IMG/VR virus record: IMGVR_UViG_3300029305_005988 | Span: 59,096-123,095 of that record | Origin: a virus | Taxonomy: Duplodnaviria; Heunggongvirae; Uroviricota; Caudoviricetes | DNA: 64,000 nt | Direction: 5' to 3' (one strand) | In this document: positions 52,352 to 62,177 of the stretch, piece by piece | Position numbering within the stretch: position 1 is the first letter of the stretch | How the letters are laid out: every line of letters starts with the position of its first letter | Translations under genes and position numbers: made by a program | The notes under the pieces: generated by a model | Database searches by the model: none | Seen by the model: only the letters and a program-made list of their open reading frames with translations | What the model was told of the DNA's origin: nothing

Positions 52352-52429
52352 ATTTTATTATATAATTATAATATCACAATAGCAGAATAAATCTGCAAAT
52401 ATTAAGATATAAAAGGAGATTTAAGGCAA

Positions 52430-52680
52430 TGGCACTTAAAGAAAATTCACTCGTAATTTTTAATTATGTAAAAGATCACAAGGATGAAGATATCACAGCA
52501 GCTGATATTGCATAGGCAACAAACATCCCTGTAAAATCAGTAAACGGTTCTATCACAGCAATGGCTAGACACCATGAGCTTATGTATCGTGAAGAGGTTC
52601 CTGTAACTGGCGGTAAGGTGAAATATATTCGCCTCACTGATAAGGGACTTGATTACGATCCTACGGCAGATGCAGAGTAA
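52430..52680 (+). CDS. winged-helix DNA-binding protein (83 aa) with in-frame TAG at 52513
   Basis: MALKENSLVIFNYVKDHKDEDITAADIA*ATNIPVKSVNGSITAMARHHEL...; RBS aaaaggagatttaaggcaatg; missed by ORF track. Confidence 0.45.
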
Positions 52681-52734
52681 TTAAAAAAGGAAATAAGGGG
52701 TAATTGAATAAATTACCCCTTAAATTGTAAAAAT

Positions 52735-53926
52735 GATAGCATTATGTGTAATATCAATTCTTCTTGGCGCAGGCGGTCTTGCTTATGGAGTATGGACTAA
52801 AGCCACATCTGGAAAGGTTAACCGCTATACAATAGAAGAAAATTAGAAACTAGAAGAACTCAATTAGTCATTACATGCAACTCGCAAAAGTCTAGAAGCT
52901 CAAAATGACTTATTGATAAAATCTAACAATGAAATTTCTCAAAGGTATGAAGAGAACTGTAAAAAAACAAAAAATTCTTACGACGAATTAAATCAATTAA
53001 CTCAATAGAAATTAAAGTTAATAGATGAAATTCAAATTAAACAAATTGAAAAAGCGGGAGTGGAAGCGCAAATCACTGCTTTAAGTAGCTCTGTAGAAAC
53101 AATGTCAGGCGACTTAAAGGTAGCTGCTCGCGCATCATTCGAACAATATTGTGATGCTCTTGATTATGAGTATAAGAAAAAAGAACAAGAGTTCGATACA
53201 GAAATAGATACTCTTGATCAACTATACTTTAATAGATTACAAGAGCTTGATGCAAGAGAAAAAGGATTAATTGAAGAGCGTAGACAAGATATTGAGATAC
53301 TTGCAAAACTATTCTATGATAAGCAACAATCAATGTCTAAAGAGTTGCAAGAAGAAGAAGCGGCAATGCGCGCCGATCTAGATTCAATTCGTAAAGAGCT
53401 AGAAAAAATTCGTGCAACTAAGGCCGCCGCGATGGAGGCACAGTTACGCGAAGAAGAAATTAAAAACAAAGCAACATTTTATACCCTTCAGCTTAATGAT
53501 GCAGATAAGCGCGATGTTGCATATCTTCAAAGCATTGAATATAACTTGCGCGAACCAAGACCTTTACGCATGCTTATATGGTCTACATTCTATCGAGATA
53601 AAGTCAATGACCTTGCGGCGCGCGTAGGCGCGTTGGGCGCAAGTGGAATATATAAGCTAACCCATATTGACTCTGGTATATCGTATATCGGTCAAGCTAA
53701 GGACATTAAAGAGCGTTGGGTAACACATGTTAAATGCAGCTTGGGTATCGACACCCCTGTAACAAGTCAACTCTATGCATTTACAAGAGAAAAGGGTATT
53801 GACAACTTTACTTTTGAAGTATTAGAGAAATGCAGTATAAATGAATTAAATGAAAAGGAGAAGTTTTATATCGACCTTTATCAAACATATGATTTTGGAT
53901 TGAATAAAACTCGCGGAAATGGATGA
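52735..53926 (+). CDS. TM-anchored coiled-coil protein with C-terminal GIY-YIG nuclease domain; 3 in-frame TAG
   Basis: MIALCVISILLGAGGLAYGV... then 3 TAG, joins ORF 53060-53926 (GIYKLTHIDSGISYIGQAKDIKERW). Confidence 0.5.
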
Positions 53927-54078
53927 AAGTAACAAGAATTGAAATCTCTCTTGAATGGGAGGATAGTGGCGAATTTGAGCATGAGACTTACGAAGACTCT
54001 TTTGACGATGCAATTCGCTACTTAAAGAAAATGAAAAAGAAATATCAAGAAAAAAATATGGAGGACGAGTGGGAATAA
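53923..54078 (+). CDS. hypothetical small protein (51 aa)
   Basis: ATGA overlap. Confidence 0.3.
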   Translation: MKVTRIEISLEWEDSGEFEHETYEDSFDDAIRYLKKMKKKYQEKNMEDEWE

Positions 54079-54275
54079 TGTTAGCTATGTGCCCAAAATG
54101 CCACTATGCAGCTCGTCCTATTCAGGTTGGAGACGAAGGCGGCCGCCGCCCTTATTGGGTAGTACAATGTTCTCATTGTTATTATGTGGCGGCTGACTAC
54201 GATGAAGCAAAGGTAGATTGTAGAGATGCAATAGAATTATGGAATAGAAAGGTAAATAAAGAAAATGGAATTTAA
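54078..54275 (+). CDS. Lar-family restriction-alleviation-like zinc-ribbon protein
   Basis: CPKCHY...YWVVQCSHCYY...AIELWNRK ~ Lar CPFCGG...WYVECTNCGA...AIAAWNRR (from memory). Confidence 0.5.
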   Translation: MLAMCPKCHYAARPIQVGDEGGRRPYWVVQCSHCYYVAADYDEAKVDCRDAIELWNRKVNKENGI

Positions 54276-54972
54276 GAATACTGAGGTTTTTAATTTTGAG
54301 GGGGCTTTACGGGGAATGAGAAATCCCCTTGAAAGCTGGGCTAAAAGCGATAGTCATTGGGGTTCAGTAATTGACGAAGAAGCAACTGCTCATGCAAATG
54401 CACAAGGATGTGATATCATATGTCGTAAACAACAATATATAGTAGGACCTAATGATATGGACTTATGTCGTAGATTAATTAATGGTGGTCCAGAACATCG
54501 TAAATTCCTTAGACAAATCTTTGTAAGCGTAGATATTACAGCTCCTTTATACTGGTTTAAGGAGTTTGATACCTACCGTATTGGAGTAACCGAGAATTCA
54601 ACTAGCACGATGCATAAGTTGGCAAGCACCCCAATTACACTTGATTGTTTTGAAACTGATGATTTATTGGATATGGGATTAGAACTTCCTATGAAAGGAA
54701 TTACTCCAACTCTACAAGAGTGGACAAATGCAGTAGTTGATGGCTGTGAAGCTCTTCGTCAAAAGTATCTTGAAACAAAAGACAAGTGTTATTGGAAAGA
54801 GCTTATTCGTTGGCTCCCTAATGGCTGGCTCCAAACGCGCACGATAACAATGAACTACGAGAATCTTCGTAGCATGGCTCATCAGCGCGCTGGGCATAAA
54901 CTCTCTGAGTGGAGAAGTTTTCTCGAATGGGCGCAGACTCTTCCTTATGCAAAAGAGCTAATCTTTGATTAA
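54265..54972 (+). CDS. ThyX-like (flavin-dependent thymidylate synthase fold) protein with degenerate RHR motif
   Basis: [25 protein letters not shown] ~ ThyX [33 protein letters not shown] ~ NLRADSHAQ. Confidence 0.4.
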   Translation: [235 protein letters not shown]

Positions 54973-55053
54973 TTTATTGACTTTTTATACAAAATTAATT
55001 ATAATATTTATATAAAATGAACAAATAAATAGAAATGGAGATAAATTAATTAA

Positions 55054-55458
55054 ATGACAAACAAAAAACAATTTATTCAAGAGATTGAAGAATTATTGGC
55101 TGATCGTTGCAAGACTTTTGGAGAAGATGGACTTTCAGAGGGCGCCCGCGCCTACTTTGAGCAGCTTAAAGCAACGCCTGAAAAGGAGAAGGCTCCTTTT
55201 ACAGAAAATGGCGCAAATGTTCTTATCTGGATGCAGGAGAATTATGAATCTTATAATAATATTCTCAAAGCAAAAGAAATTGGAGATGGGCTGTTTTGTT
55301 CTTCGCGCACAGTTTCTGGCGCAATGAGAAAGCTTGTTACGGATGGCTATGTGAGCAAAATAGAAGGAACTCCTACTTGTTATTCGCTTACCGAGCTTGG
55401 TATGAATGTGACAGTAGTTATTCCAGAAAAGAAGTCGAAAGAAGAAGAACTTGACTAA
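55054..55458 (+). CDS. winged-helix (MarR-like) DNA-binding protein
   Basis: SSRTVSGAMRKLVTDGYVSK. Confidence 0.5.
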   Translation: MTNKKQFIQEIEELLADRCKTFGEDGLSEGARAYFEQLKATPEKEKAPFTENGANVLIWMQENYESYNNILKAKEIGDGLFCSSRTVSGAMRKLVTDGYVSKIEGTPTCYSLTELGMNVTVVIPEKKSKEEELD

Positions 55459-55541
55459 ATAAAAAATTTTTGTTATAATAATATAGATATTGGACAAAAA
55501 TATTAAATAAGTAAAATAATTAAATTTAAAAGGAGAAAAAA

Positions 55542-56507
55542 ATGAAGTACACAAAAAATTCAATCACAATTCAAGGAAGAGTTTACAGTTTTGGTGAAGC
55601 AAACGGAAGAAATATGCTTGAGGTTAAGACCGTAAAGAATGAGCAGTCTGATAACTTCGGTAAAGAGTATATCTCTGGAACCGTTCAGGTTGCAGTAGAT
55701 GAAGCAGGTCTTAATGTAATTCCTGTTCACTATACTTGGGTAACTCCTACAACTAAGGCTGGCGGAACAAATAATACCTTCGTTGCTCTTAAGTCACTTA
55801 TCGATGGTGGTAAGACTTGGGTTAAGGACGGCAAGGACGCCGCGCCCATGGTTAAGCTTGAGCCTTCTTTCGCGCTTAATGATTTCTATATCAATGAGAA
55901 TGGCGAAGACAAGCTCGTGTCACAGGTAGTGCATGAGGGTGGTTTTGCGACTATTGTAAACACGCTTCCTGAAAACGAGGCTGATAGAAGCCACTTCCGT
56001 TGCGATATGGTTATTACAAATGTAACTCATGTTGACGCAGATGAAGAGAAGAATATTGACGAGCATGTTGCTCTTCGTGGTGCAGTGTTCAATTTCCGTA
56101 AAGAGCTTCTTCCTCTGACTTTCACAGTTAAGAACCCCAACGGTATGAACTACTTCGAGGGACTCGGTGTTTCTGGCAGTGAGCCTGTTTACACTTGGGT
56201 TGAGGGTGTTATTAATTGCAACACCGTGAAGAACGAAATTAAGGAAGAAACTGCCTTTGGTGGTGATTCTGTAAGAACCTTTGAAAAGAAAACTAAGGAA
56301 TGGCTCGTGGTCAGAGCTTCTCAGAATCCCTATGACTTCGGTGAAGAGGGTATTCTTACTGGAGAAGAGCTTACAAAGGCTATGCAGGATAGACAGGTTA
56401 AGCTCGCTGAGGAAAAGAAGAGAAGTGAAGAGTACAAGGCGCAGAAGAACAATCCTGTAGCAGCGCCCGCCGCTCCTAAGGCAAAAGCTGGTGGCTTTAA
56501 CTTCTGA
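55542..56507 (+). CDS. putative ssDNA-binding protein (tandem OB-like halves)
   Basis: position upstream of RecA-like/Sak4-like gene; no firm motif. Confidence 0.3.
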   Translation: MKYTKNSITIQGRVYSFGEANGRNMLEVKTVKNEQSDNFGKEYISGTVQVAVDEAGLNVIPVHYTWVTPTTKAGGTNNTFVALKSLIDGGKTWVKDGKDAAPMVKLEPSFALNDFYINENGEDKLVSQVVHEGGFATIVNTLPENEADRSHFRCDMVITNVTHVDADEEKNIDEHVALRGAVFNFRKELLPLTFTVKNPNGMNYFEGLGVSGSEPVYTWVEGVINCNTVKNEIKEETAFGGDSVRTFEKKTKEWLVVRASQNPYDFGEEGILTGEELTKAMQDRQVKLAEEKKRSEEYKAQKNNPVAAPAAPKAKAGGFNF

Positions 56508-56526
56508 TAAAACGAGGTAAGTAAAA

Positions 56527-57561
56527 ATGGCAGATTTTAACTTACTTGATATTCAACCTCACTAGGTTTCACGAGATATGCGCGGTTATTGCGTCTTCTT
56601 CTATGGAGACGCAAAGACCGGCAAAACCACTACCGCGACTAAATTCCCTAATCACCTTTTGGCAGCTTTTGAAAAAGGATATAATGCAATTCCTGGCGCC
56701 ATGGCACAGCCTATCAATAGCTGGTCTGAGTTTAAGAAATTCCTGCGCCAGTTAAAGAATGAACAGGTTAAGGCTAAATTCGAAACAATTATCGTAGACA
56801 CTGCAGATATTGCCTATGACTATTGTGAGAAATATATTTGCGCCAATGTTCAGCGCCCAGACGGTTCTATTGGAGTAGACAATATCGCAGATATTGGTTA
56901 TGGAAAAGGCTTTAAAATGGCGGCAAAAGAGTTTGATGATGCGCTCCGTTCAATCCTTCAAATGGGTTACGGTTTAGTAATTATCTCTCACGCGCAAGAT
57001 AAGACCTTTAAAGATCAGAATGGTAATGAATACAATCAAATTGTTCCAACTCTTGATAACAAGCCTCGTAATATTGTAAATCGTATGGCAGATATTATTG
57101 GTTATGCAAGAAATGTTGAAACTGAAAATGGTGAAAAAGATGTTAAACTCTTTATGCGCGGAACTCCTCGTTTCGTAGCAGGAAGCAGATTTAAATATAC
57201 ACCCGACTATATTGACTTCAACTATAATGCACTTGTTAACGCAATAGGCGATGCTATTGATAAACAGGCGGCTGAAGATGGAACTCAATACTTCACAGAT
57301 ACGGGATCTAATTTGCACACATTTGTTTCAAAGGAACTCGACTTTGACGAACTTATGATGCAGTTTAACTCAATGATTCAAGACCTTTCAATCAATAGTG
57401 ATGAAGAAACATTCAAAACCTATTGGCAACCTCGTATTAGCCAGTGTATAGAGAAGTATCTCGGCAAGGGGCAAAAAGTTTCTCAATGTTCTCGTGAACA
57501 GACAGAAGCACTTGATCTTATAGTTACGGAACTTAGAGATTTGATAAATACAGCTCAATAA
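56527..57561 (+). CDS. RecA-superfamily recombination ATPase (Sak4-like); in-frame TAG at 56563
   Basis: good RBS gaggtaagtaaaaatg at 56527; MADFNLLDIQPH*VSRDMRGYCVFFYGDAKTGKTT (Walker A); ORF track starts at internal ATG 56578. Confidence 0.55.
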
Positions 57562-57567
57562 TGATTA

Positions 57568-57601
57568 AGTCAATAGAGGGTAATATCCTCTATTGACTTT
57601 T
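57568..57601 (+). terminator. terminator whose 3' arm doubles as -35 (ttgact) of next promoter
   Basis: agtcaatagagggtaatatcctctattgact+tttt. Confidence 0.6.
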
Positions 57602-57653
57602 TATTTAATTTATGTTATAATATACATATAAAAGTATAAAAAGAGGTAAAAAT

Positions 57654-58154
57654 ATGTCAGTAGTTGCAGTAAAAATTTATGCAGATAAAATTACAATAGC
57701 CGCAGATTCTATCATGTGTTCTGGTTATACCAATATTAATCATGCAAAAAAGTTTTCTAAACTCGTTGAAATAAATGATATGATTATGGGAACGGTGGGA
57801 ACTGCTAATGAAGGCAGTCTTATGTGGCTTTATATGAATACACATAAACCAAATGGAGCAACCGAAAAAGATATTCTTGAATTCGTTGCAGAATTTTCTT
57901 CTTGGAAAACAAAATATAATGACAACAATCAAATCAATAATTCTTATATTTTAATTTATCAAAATAAGGTATTCAGCATTAGCGGACTATTTGTTACTGA
58001 AATTGAGTCTTATTTAGCCATTGGCGCCGGTGAGGATTATGCGCTTGCGGCTTTATATTTAGGACATTCTCCGAAAGAGGCTGTTAAAGTGGCATGCGAT
58101 CTTTGCTGCTATGTTGCTGAACCCATTATTGAAATAGAGAAAAAGAGAGGCTAA
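57654..58154 (+). CDS. HslV/proteasome-beta-like Ntn peptidase
   Basis: MSVVAVK...ITIAADS ~ HslV TTIVSVRR..VVIAGDGQ; GAGEDYALAALYLG ~ GSGGNYALAAARAL. Confidence 0.45.
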   Translation: MSVVAVKIYADKITIAADSIMCSGYTNINHAKKFSKLVEINDMIMGTVGTANEGSLMWLYMNTHKPNGATEKDILEFVAEFSSWKTKYNDNNQINNSYILIYQNKVFSISGLFVTEIESYLAIGAGEDYALAALYLGHSPKEAVKVACDLCCYVAEPIIEIEKKRG

Positions 58155-58156
58155 TT

Positions 58157-58678
58157 ATGGCAGCAAAAGCAATGGTTAAATGCCTTTATTGTGGTCAGCT
58201 TTTTGATCGTAACTCTGAGCCTTGCGCCAAGCCAAAAGGTAATCGTTATGCACATCAGAAATGCTATGAAACACATATGGCATCGATGTCTCAAGAAGAG
58301 CGAGACTATAATGAATTAATCGAATATATAAAATACCTCTTAGGAGAGGATTTAAATCCGCGAGTGTGGAAACAGCTCAAAGAGTATAAAGAAGTGTATA
58401 AATATTCTTATAGCGGAATATTAAAAACACTTAAATGGTGGTATGAATTAAAAGGAAACGATGTAGAAAAGGCGAACGGCGCAATAGGTATTGTGCCCTA
58501 TGTTTATAAGGATGCTTGTGCCTATTACTATGCGTTATACCTCGCGGCGGTTGCTAATGAAGACAAAGATGTAGAACATTTTCAAGTTAAAGTTAGAGAA
58601 TTCTCTATTGAACCACCTATGAGAATCGTAAAACCGCCGCGTTTATTTAACTTAGATGATTTGGAGGAAGAGGAATGA
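58157..58678 (+). CDS. zinc-finger hypothetical protein (173 aa)
   Basis: CLYCGQ...C...C. Confidence 0.5.
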   Translation: MAAKAMVKCLYCGQLFDRNSEPCAKPKGNRYAHQKCYETHMASMSQEERDYNELIEYIKYLLGEDLNPRVWKQLKEYKEVYKYSYSGILKTLKWWYELKGNDVEKANGAIGIVPYVYKDACAYYYALYLAAVANEDKDVEHFQVKVREFSIEPPMRIVKPPRLFNLDDLEEEE

Positions 58679-60219
58679 GCAAAAGTAAATATGTAGATAC
58701 CGCCGCAATAATGCAAGTAATCGGCGCTATCTATATTCAACCTTCACTTTTAGATAACGAAAATTATCACTTCCATGAAGAGGATTTTTGTGAAGACTTT
58801 CATGTGACTCTTTTTGGAACTATATATAATCTTCATGCGCTCGGCGCCAAGGAGATAACTCTCAACGCAATAGAAGACTATCTTGCACAGCGCCCCAAGC
58901 GCCAAGCAATATATAAAGCGAATAAGGGCGCAGAATATCTTGAGCAGCTTAAAGAAGCTACACAATTAAGCGCTTTTCAGTATTACTATGATAGAGTTAA
59001 AAAGATGACGCTCTTGCGCATGTATAATGAACGCTGTGGAATGGATTTATCGTGGCTCTATGATATGGATAATATCTTCGATGCAAAGAAAAAACAAGCG
59101 CAAGAGGACTGGTTAGATAGCACACCTCTTGTAGAAATCGCAGATTTAATTGATAAAAAGATAGATGATGTTAAGTCAATTTATGTAGATAATTGCGAAG
59201 CAGATATTGTTCAGGCTGGCGCCGGTGTAGAATTGCTTCTTGAGCAATTAAAACAGAATCCTGAACTCGGTTACCCATTATATGGCAAATATATCAATAC
59301 TATTTTCCGCGGCGCGCGCTTGAAAAAATTTTACTTACGCTCAGCCGCAACGGGTGTTGGTAAAACGCGTTCAATGGTAGCAGATGCGTGTTATATTGGA
59401 TGTGGCTCTATGTATAGTATTGAAGAGCGCACTTGGATAAACACGGGTGAACCTCAAGCGACTCTTTATATTGCAACAGAGCAAGAGTTATCAGAAGTTC
59501 AAACTATGATGATAGCATTTTTGTCTGGTGTTAATGAGGAACATATTGTGACGGGTGAATATCTTGAAGGTGAATGGGAGCGCGCGCTCCATGCTGCGCA
59601 ACTCCTAAAGACTGGAAAGATCTATTTTGAAGCACTTCCAGATTTCTCGTTGCAAGACATTGAGAATGTTATTAAGAAAGGCATTAGAGAGAATGATATC
59701 AAGTATGTCTTCCACGACTATATCCACACTAGTATGAAGATTCTCGAAGAGATTACTCGAAGAAGCGGCGGTGTGCGCCTTAGAGAAGATAATATCCTCT
59801 TTATGATTTCCGTAAGACTTAAAGACTTGTGCAACCAGTATGGAATATTCATAATGTCTGCGACTCAGTTGAGCAATGATTATCACGAAGCAGAGGTTTA
59901 TGACCAAGGACTTCTTCGTGGCGCAAAATCTATAGCAGATAAAATAGATGCTGGATCTATTTTACTTGAAGCGACGGATAAAGATAAAGAAGCGCTGGCG
60001 CCTTTGGTTAAGCGTCTTGGGTGTGAGATGCCAGATATTAAGATGTCGATTTATAAGAATAGACGAGGTCGCTGGAAAAATGTTCTAGTTTGGATTAAAT
60101 CAGATCGTGGTATTTGTAGATTGGATCCGATATTTGTGACTAAATATAGCTATGAATTAGTTGATATAGAGGACTTTAAAATAAATGTAAAAAAGAGCGT
60201 TGATTTATCAGCGTTTTAA
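58675..60219 (+). CDS. dnaB: DnaB-like replicative DNA helicase
   Basis: N-terminal DnaB-like domain; Walker A SAATGVGKT; RecA-fold motifs. Confidence 0.7.
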   Translation: MSKSKYVDTAAIMQVIGAIYIQPSLLDNENYHFHEEDFCEDFHVTLFGTIYNLHALGAKEITLNAIEDYLAQRPKRQAIYKANKGAEYLEQLKEATQLSAFQYYYDRVKKMTLLRMYNERCGMDLSWLYDMDNIFDAKKKQAQEDWLDSTPLVEIADLIDKKIDDVKSIYVDNCEADIVQAGAGVELLLEQLKQNPELGYPLYGKYINTIFRGARLKKFYLRSAATGVGKTRSMVADACYIGCGSMYSIEERTWINTGEPQATLYIATEQELSEVQTMMIAFLSGVNEEHIVTGEYLEGEWERALHAAQLLKTGKIYFEALPDFSLQDIENVIKKGIRENDIKYVFHDYIHTSMKILEEITRRSGGVRLREDNILFMISVRLKDLCNQYGIFIMSATQLSNDYHEAEVYDQGLLRGAKSIADKIDAGSILLEATDKDKEALAPLVKRLGCEMPDIKMSIYKNRRGRWKNVLVWIKSDRGICRLDPIFVTKYSYELVDIEDFKINVKKSVDLSAF

Positions 60220-60229
60220 GGAGTAGAAA

Positions 60230-60457
60230 ATGAATAACTTTGGAATAAAAAACCCAGAACGAGTCACTCAATGTAGTGCAACTCAATGTTTATATAATAA
60301 AGATGAATACTGCACCGCTTCACTTATTCTTCATGATGAACGAGGTATCTGTAAGATATTCATGCCAAGAGATAAGTTTGAGAAGATGATGGAAGATTTA
60401 AAGCGATTAAATGAAAGGGAGGATAAAACAAATGGATCAAAAGAACACAATAGTTAA
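60230..60457 (+). CDS. Cys-rich small protein (75 aa)
   Basis: ORF+RBS. Confidence 0.4.
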   Translation: MNNFGIKNPERVTQCSATQCLYNKDEYCTASLILHDERGICKIFMPRDKFEKMMEDLKRLNEREDKTNGSKEHNS

Positions 60458-61064
60458 ATGTAAGGCGCATCCTGATTGCCTATTTAATCATAATGGAGTA
60501 TGTGATAACTATGTGATTAATATTGGCGAAGATGGGAAGTGCGAGTGTTATGTTGAAACTTGTCCAGAAGGTATTAATGTTACTGAAGAAGAAGTCATTT
60601 ATGAAAACGCTCAAAGGATGCTTGAAAAAACTGGTGTAACTTTGATAGAACCAAAAGGCGAGGTTAAAAGAGGTCAACGAGCAAAAGGCAATTTTATTGA
60701 CGATATGAGGGATATTGATGATAAACATTTGAGAGAAACTGTGACAATTAAAATGAAGATTGCAGAACTTAATAAACCCAATAAGAATAAATCTATCATA
60801 AGTGACTGGGATTATGCAGCTACTCCAGACATCTGCAAGACTTGTAAAAAAATAGTTTATGGACAGCCTTGTAAATATAAAGATGTATCAAATGGAGTTT
60901 GGGCTTGCTATGAAATGGACGAGTCTATTAAAAAAGCAGGTACTTTAAATGAGTGCTGGTGGTGTGATTTCTTTAATTCAGAAAAAAGAGGATGTAAACA
61001 TAAGAATCCAGATATTGATAAACTTGGTTGTCACTCTTTACAATCTACAGGAGGCAATAGATGA
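60432..61064 (+). CDS. Cys-rich protein (210 aa)
   Basis: RBS gaaagggaggataaaacaaatg. Confidence 0.45.
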   Translation: MDQKNTIVKCKAHPDCLFNHNGVCDNYVINIGEDGKCECYVETCPEGINVTEEEVIYENAQRMLEKTGVTLIEPKGEVKRGQRAKGNFIDDMRDIDDKHLRETVTIKMKIAELNKPNKNKSIISDWDYAATPDICKTCKKIVYGQPCKYKDVSNGVWACYEMDESIKKAGTLNECWWCDFFNSEKRGCKHKNPDIDKLGCHSLQSTGGNR

Positions 61065-62176
61065 AGTATGATTCAGATCAAATCAAACAACAACTTACCT
61101 TCCAACAAGTCTTTGATTATGTGGCTGAACTCGGAGGAAATCCAAAACTTGACCCAACTGGTGGAGAAGTATTTGTATCGCATACCATCTGTCACAACCC
61201 TGCCTGTTCCGGATCTCACAAGCTCTACTTCTATAATAATACTAGACTCTTTAGATGTTATACCGAGTGCGCAGGAGACGCATTTGACATCTACGACTTA
61301 ACACGGCGCGCAATGAAGATCCAGCGCGGCGAAGAGTGGTCACTATCACGCGCCGTAGGGTATGTTGCCCGTTATTTCGGTATAGCTTCATCTGAAGAAG
61401 AAAATTTTGGAGACGCACAACAAAAACTTCGTGATTGGGATATTTTAAAGAATTATCAACAAAATAGTTCCATCAGTAATGATAAAAAAATAATTGAGTT
61501 CAAAGAATTTGATGAAAATATCCTTCAACACTTGCCGCGCCCGCGCATCATACCATGGCTTAATGAAGGAATAACTCAAGAGATAATGGATTCTCAAGGT
61601 ATTTGCTATGACCCCGTAAATCAAGGCATTGTGATACCTCACTATGATGAAAATGGGGCGCTAATAGGTATCCGTGAGCGCACGCTTATCAAAGAAGAAG
61701 AGGCATACGGCAAGTATCGACCAGCGATTCTTAATGGTGTGCAATACAATCATCCACTGGGTTTCGCTTTATATAATTTAAACAATAGTAAAGAGCATAT
61801 CAAACAGATGGGTATCGCCATCGTATTTGAAGGTGAAAAGAGCTGCCTTAAATACGCCTCAATGTTTGGCGCCGACAATGACATCTCTGTTGCCACTTGT
61901 GGCAGTAACTTAATTCAGCATCAGGTCGACCTTTTGCGCCAATATGGAGCAAGAGAAATAGCGATCGCGTTTGATCGCCAATTTAAGGAAGTAAACGACA
62001 ATGAATATAAGCAGTGGACGAAGAAACTCACAGCACTGCATAATAAATATAGTAAATTAGTGAATATCTCTTTTATTTTTGATAAAAAAGGAGATATGTT
62101 AGGATATAAAGATGCGCCCGTCGACGCGGGTGCAGAAGTATTTATGAAATTATTTAAGGAAAGGGTGAGATTGTGA
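61061..62176 (+). CDS. dnaG: DnaG-type DNA primase (CHC2 Zn finger + TOPRIM)
   Basis: CHNPACSGSHKLYFY...FRCYTEC; TOPRIM VFEGEKS...D..D. Confidence 0.7.
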   Translation: MKYDSDQIKQQLTFQQVFDYVAELGGNPKLDPTGGEVFVSHTICHNPACSGSHKLYFYNNTRLFRCYTECAGDAFDIYDLTRRAMKIQRGEEWSLSRAVGYVARYFGIASSEEENFGDAQQKLRDWDILKNYQQNSSISNDKKIIEFKEFDENILQHLPRPRIIPWLNEGITQEIMDSQGICYDPVNQGIVIPHYDENGALIGIRERTLIKEEEAYGKYRPAILNGVQYNHPLGFALYNLNNSKEHIKQMGIAIVFEGEKSCLKYASMFGADNDISVATCGSNLIQHQVDLLRQYGAREIAIAFDRQFKEVNDNEYKQWTKKLTALHNKYSKLVNISFIFDKKGDMLGYKDAPVDAGAEVFMKLFKERVRL

Positions 62177-62177
62177 A

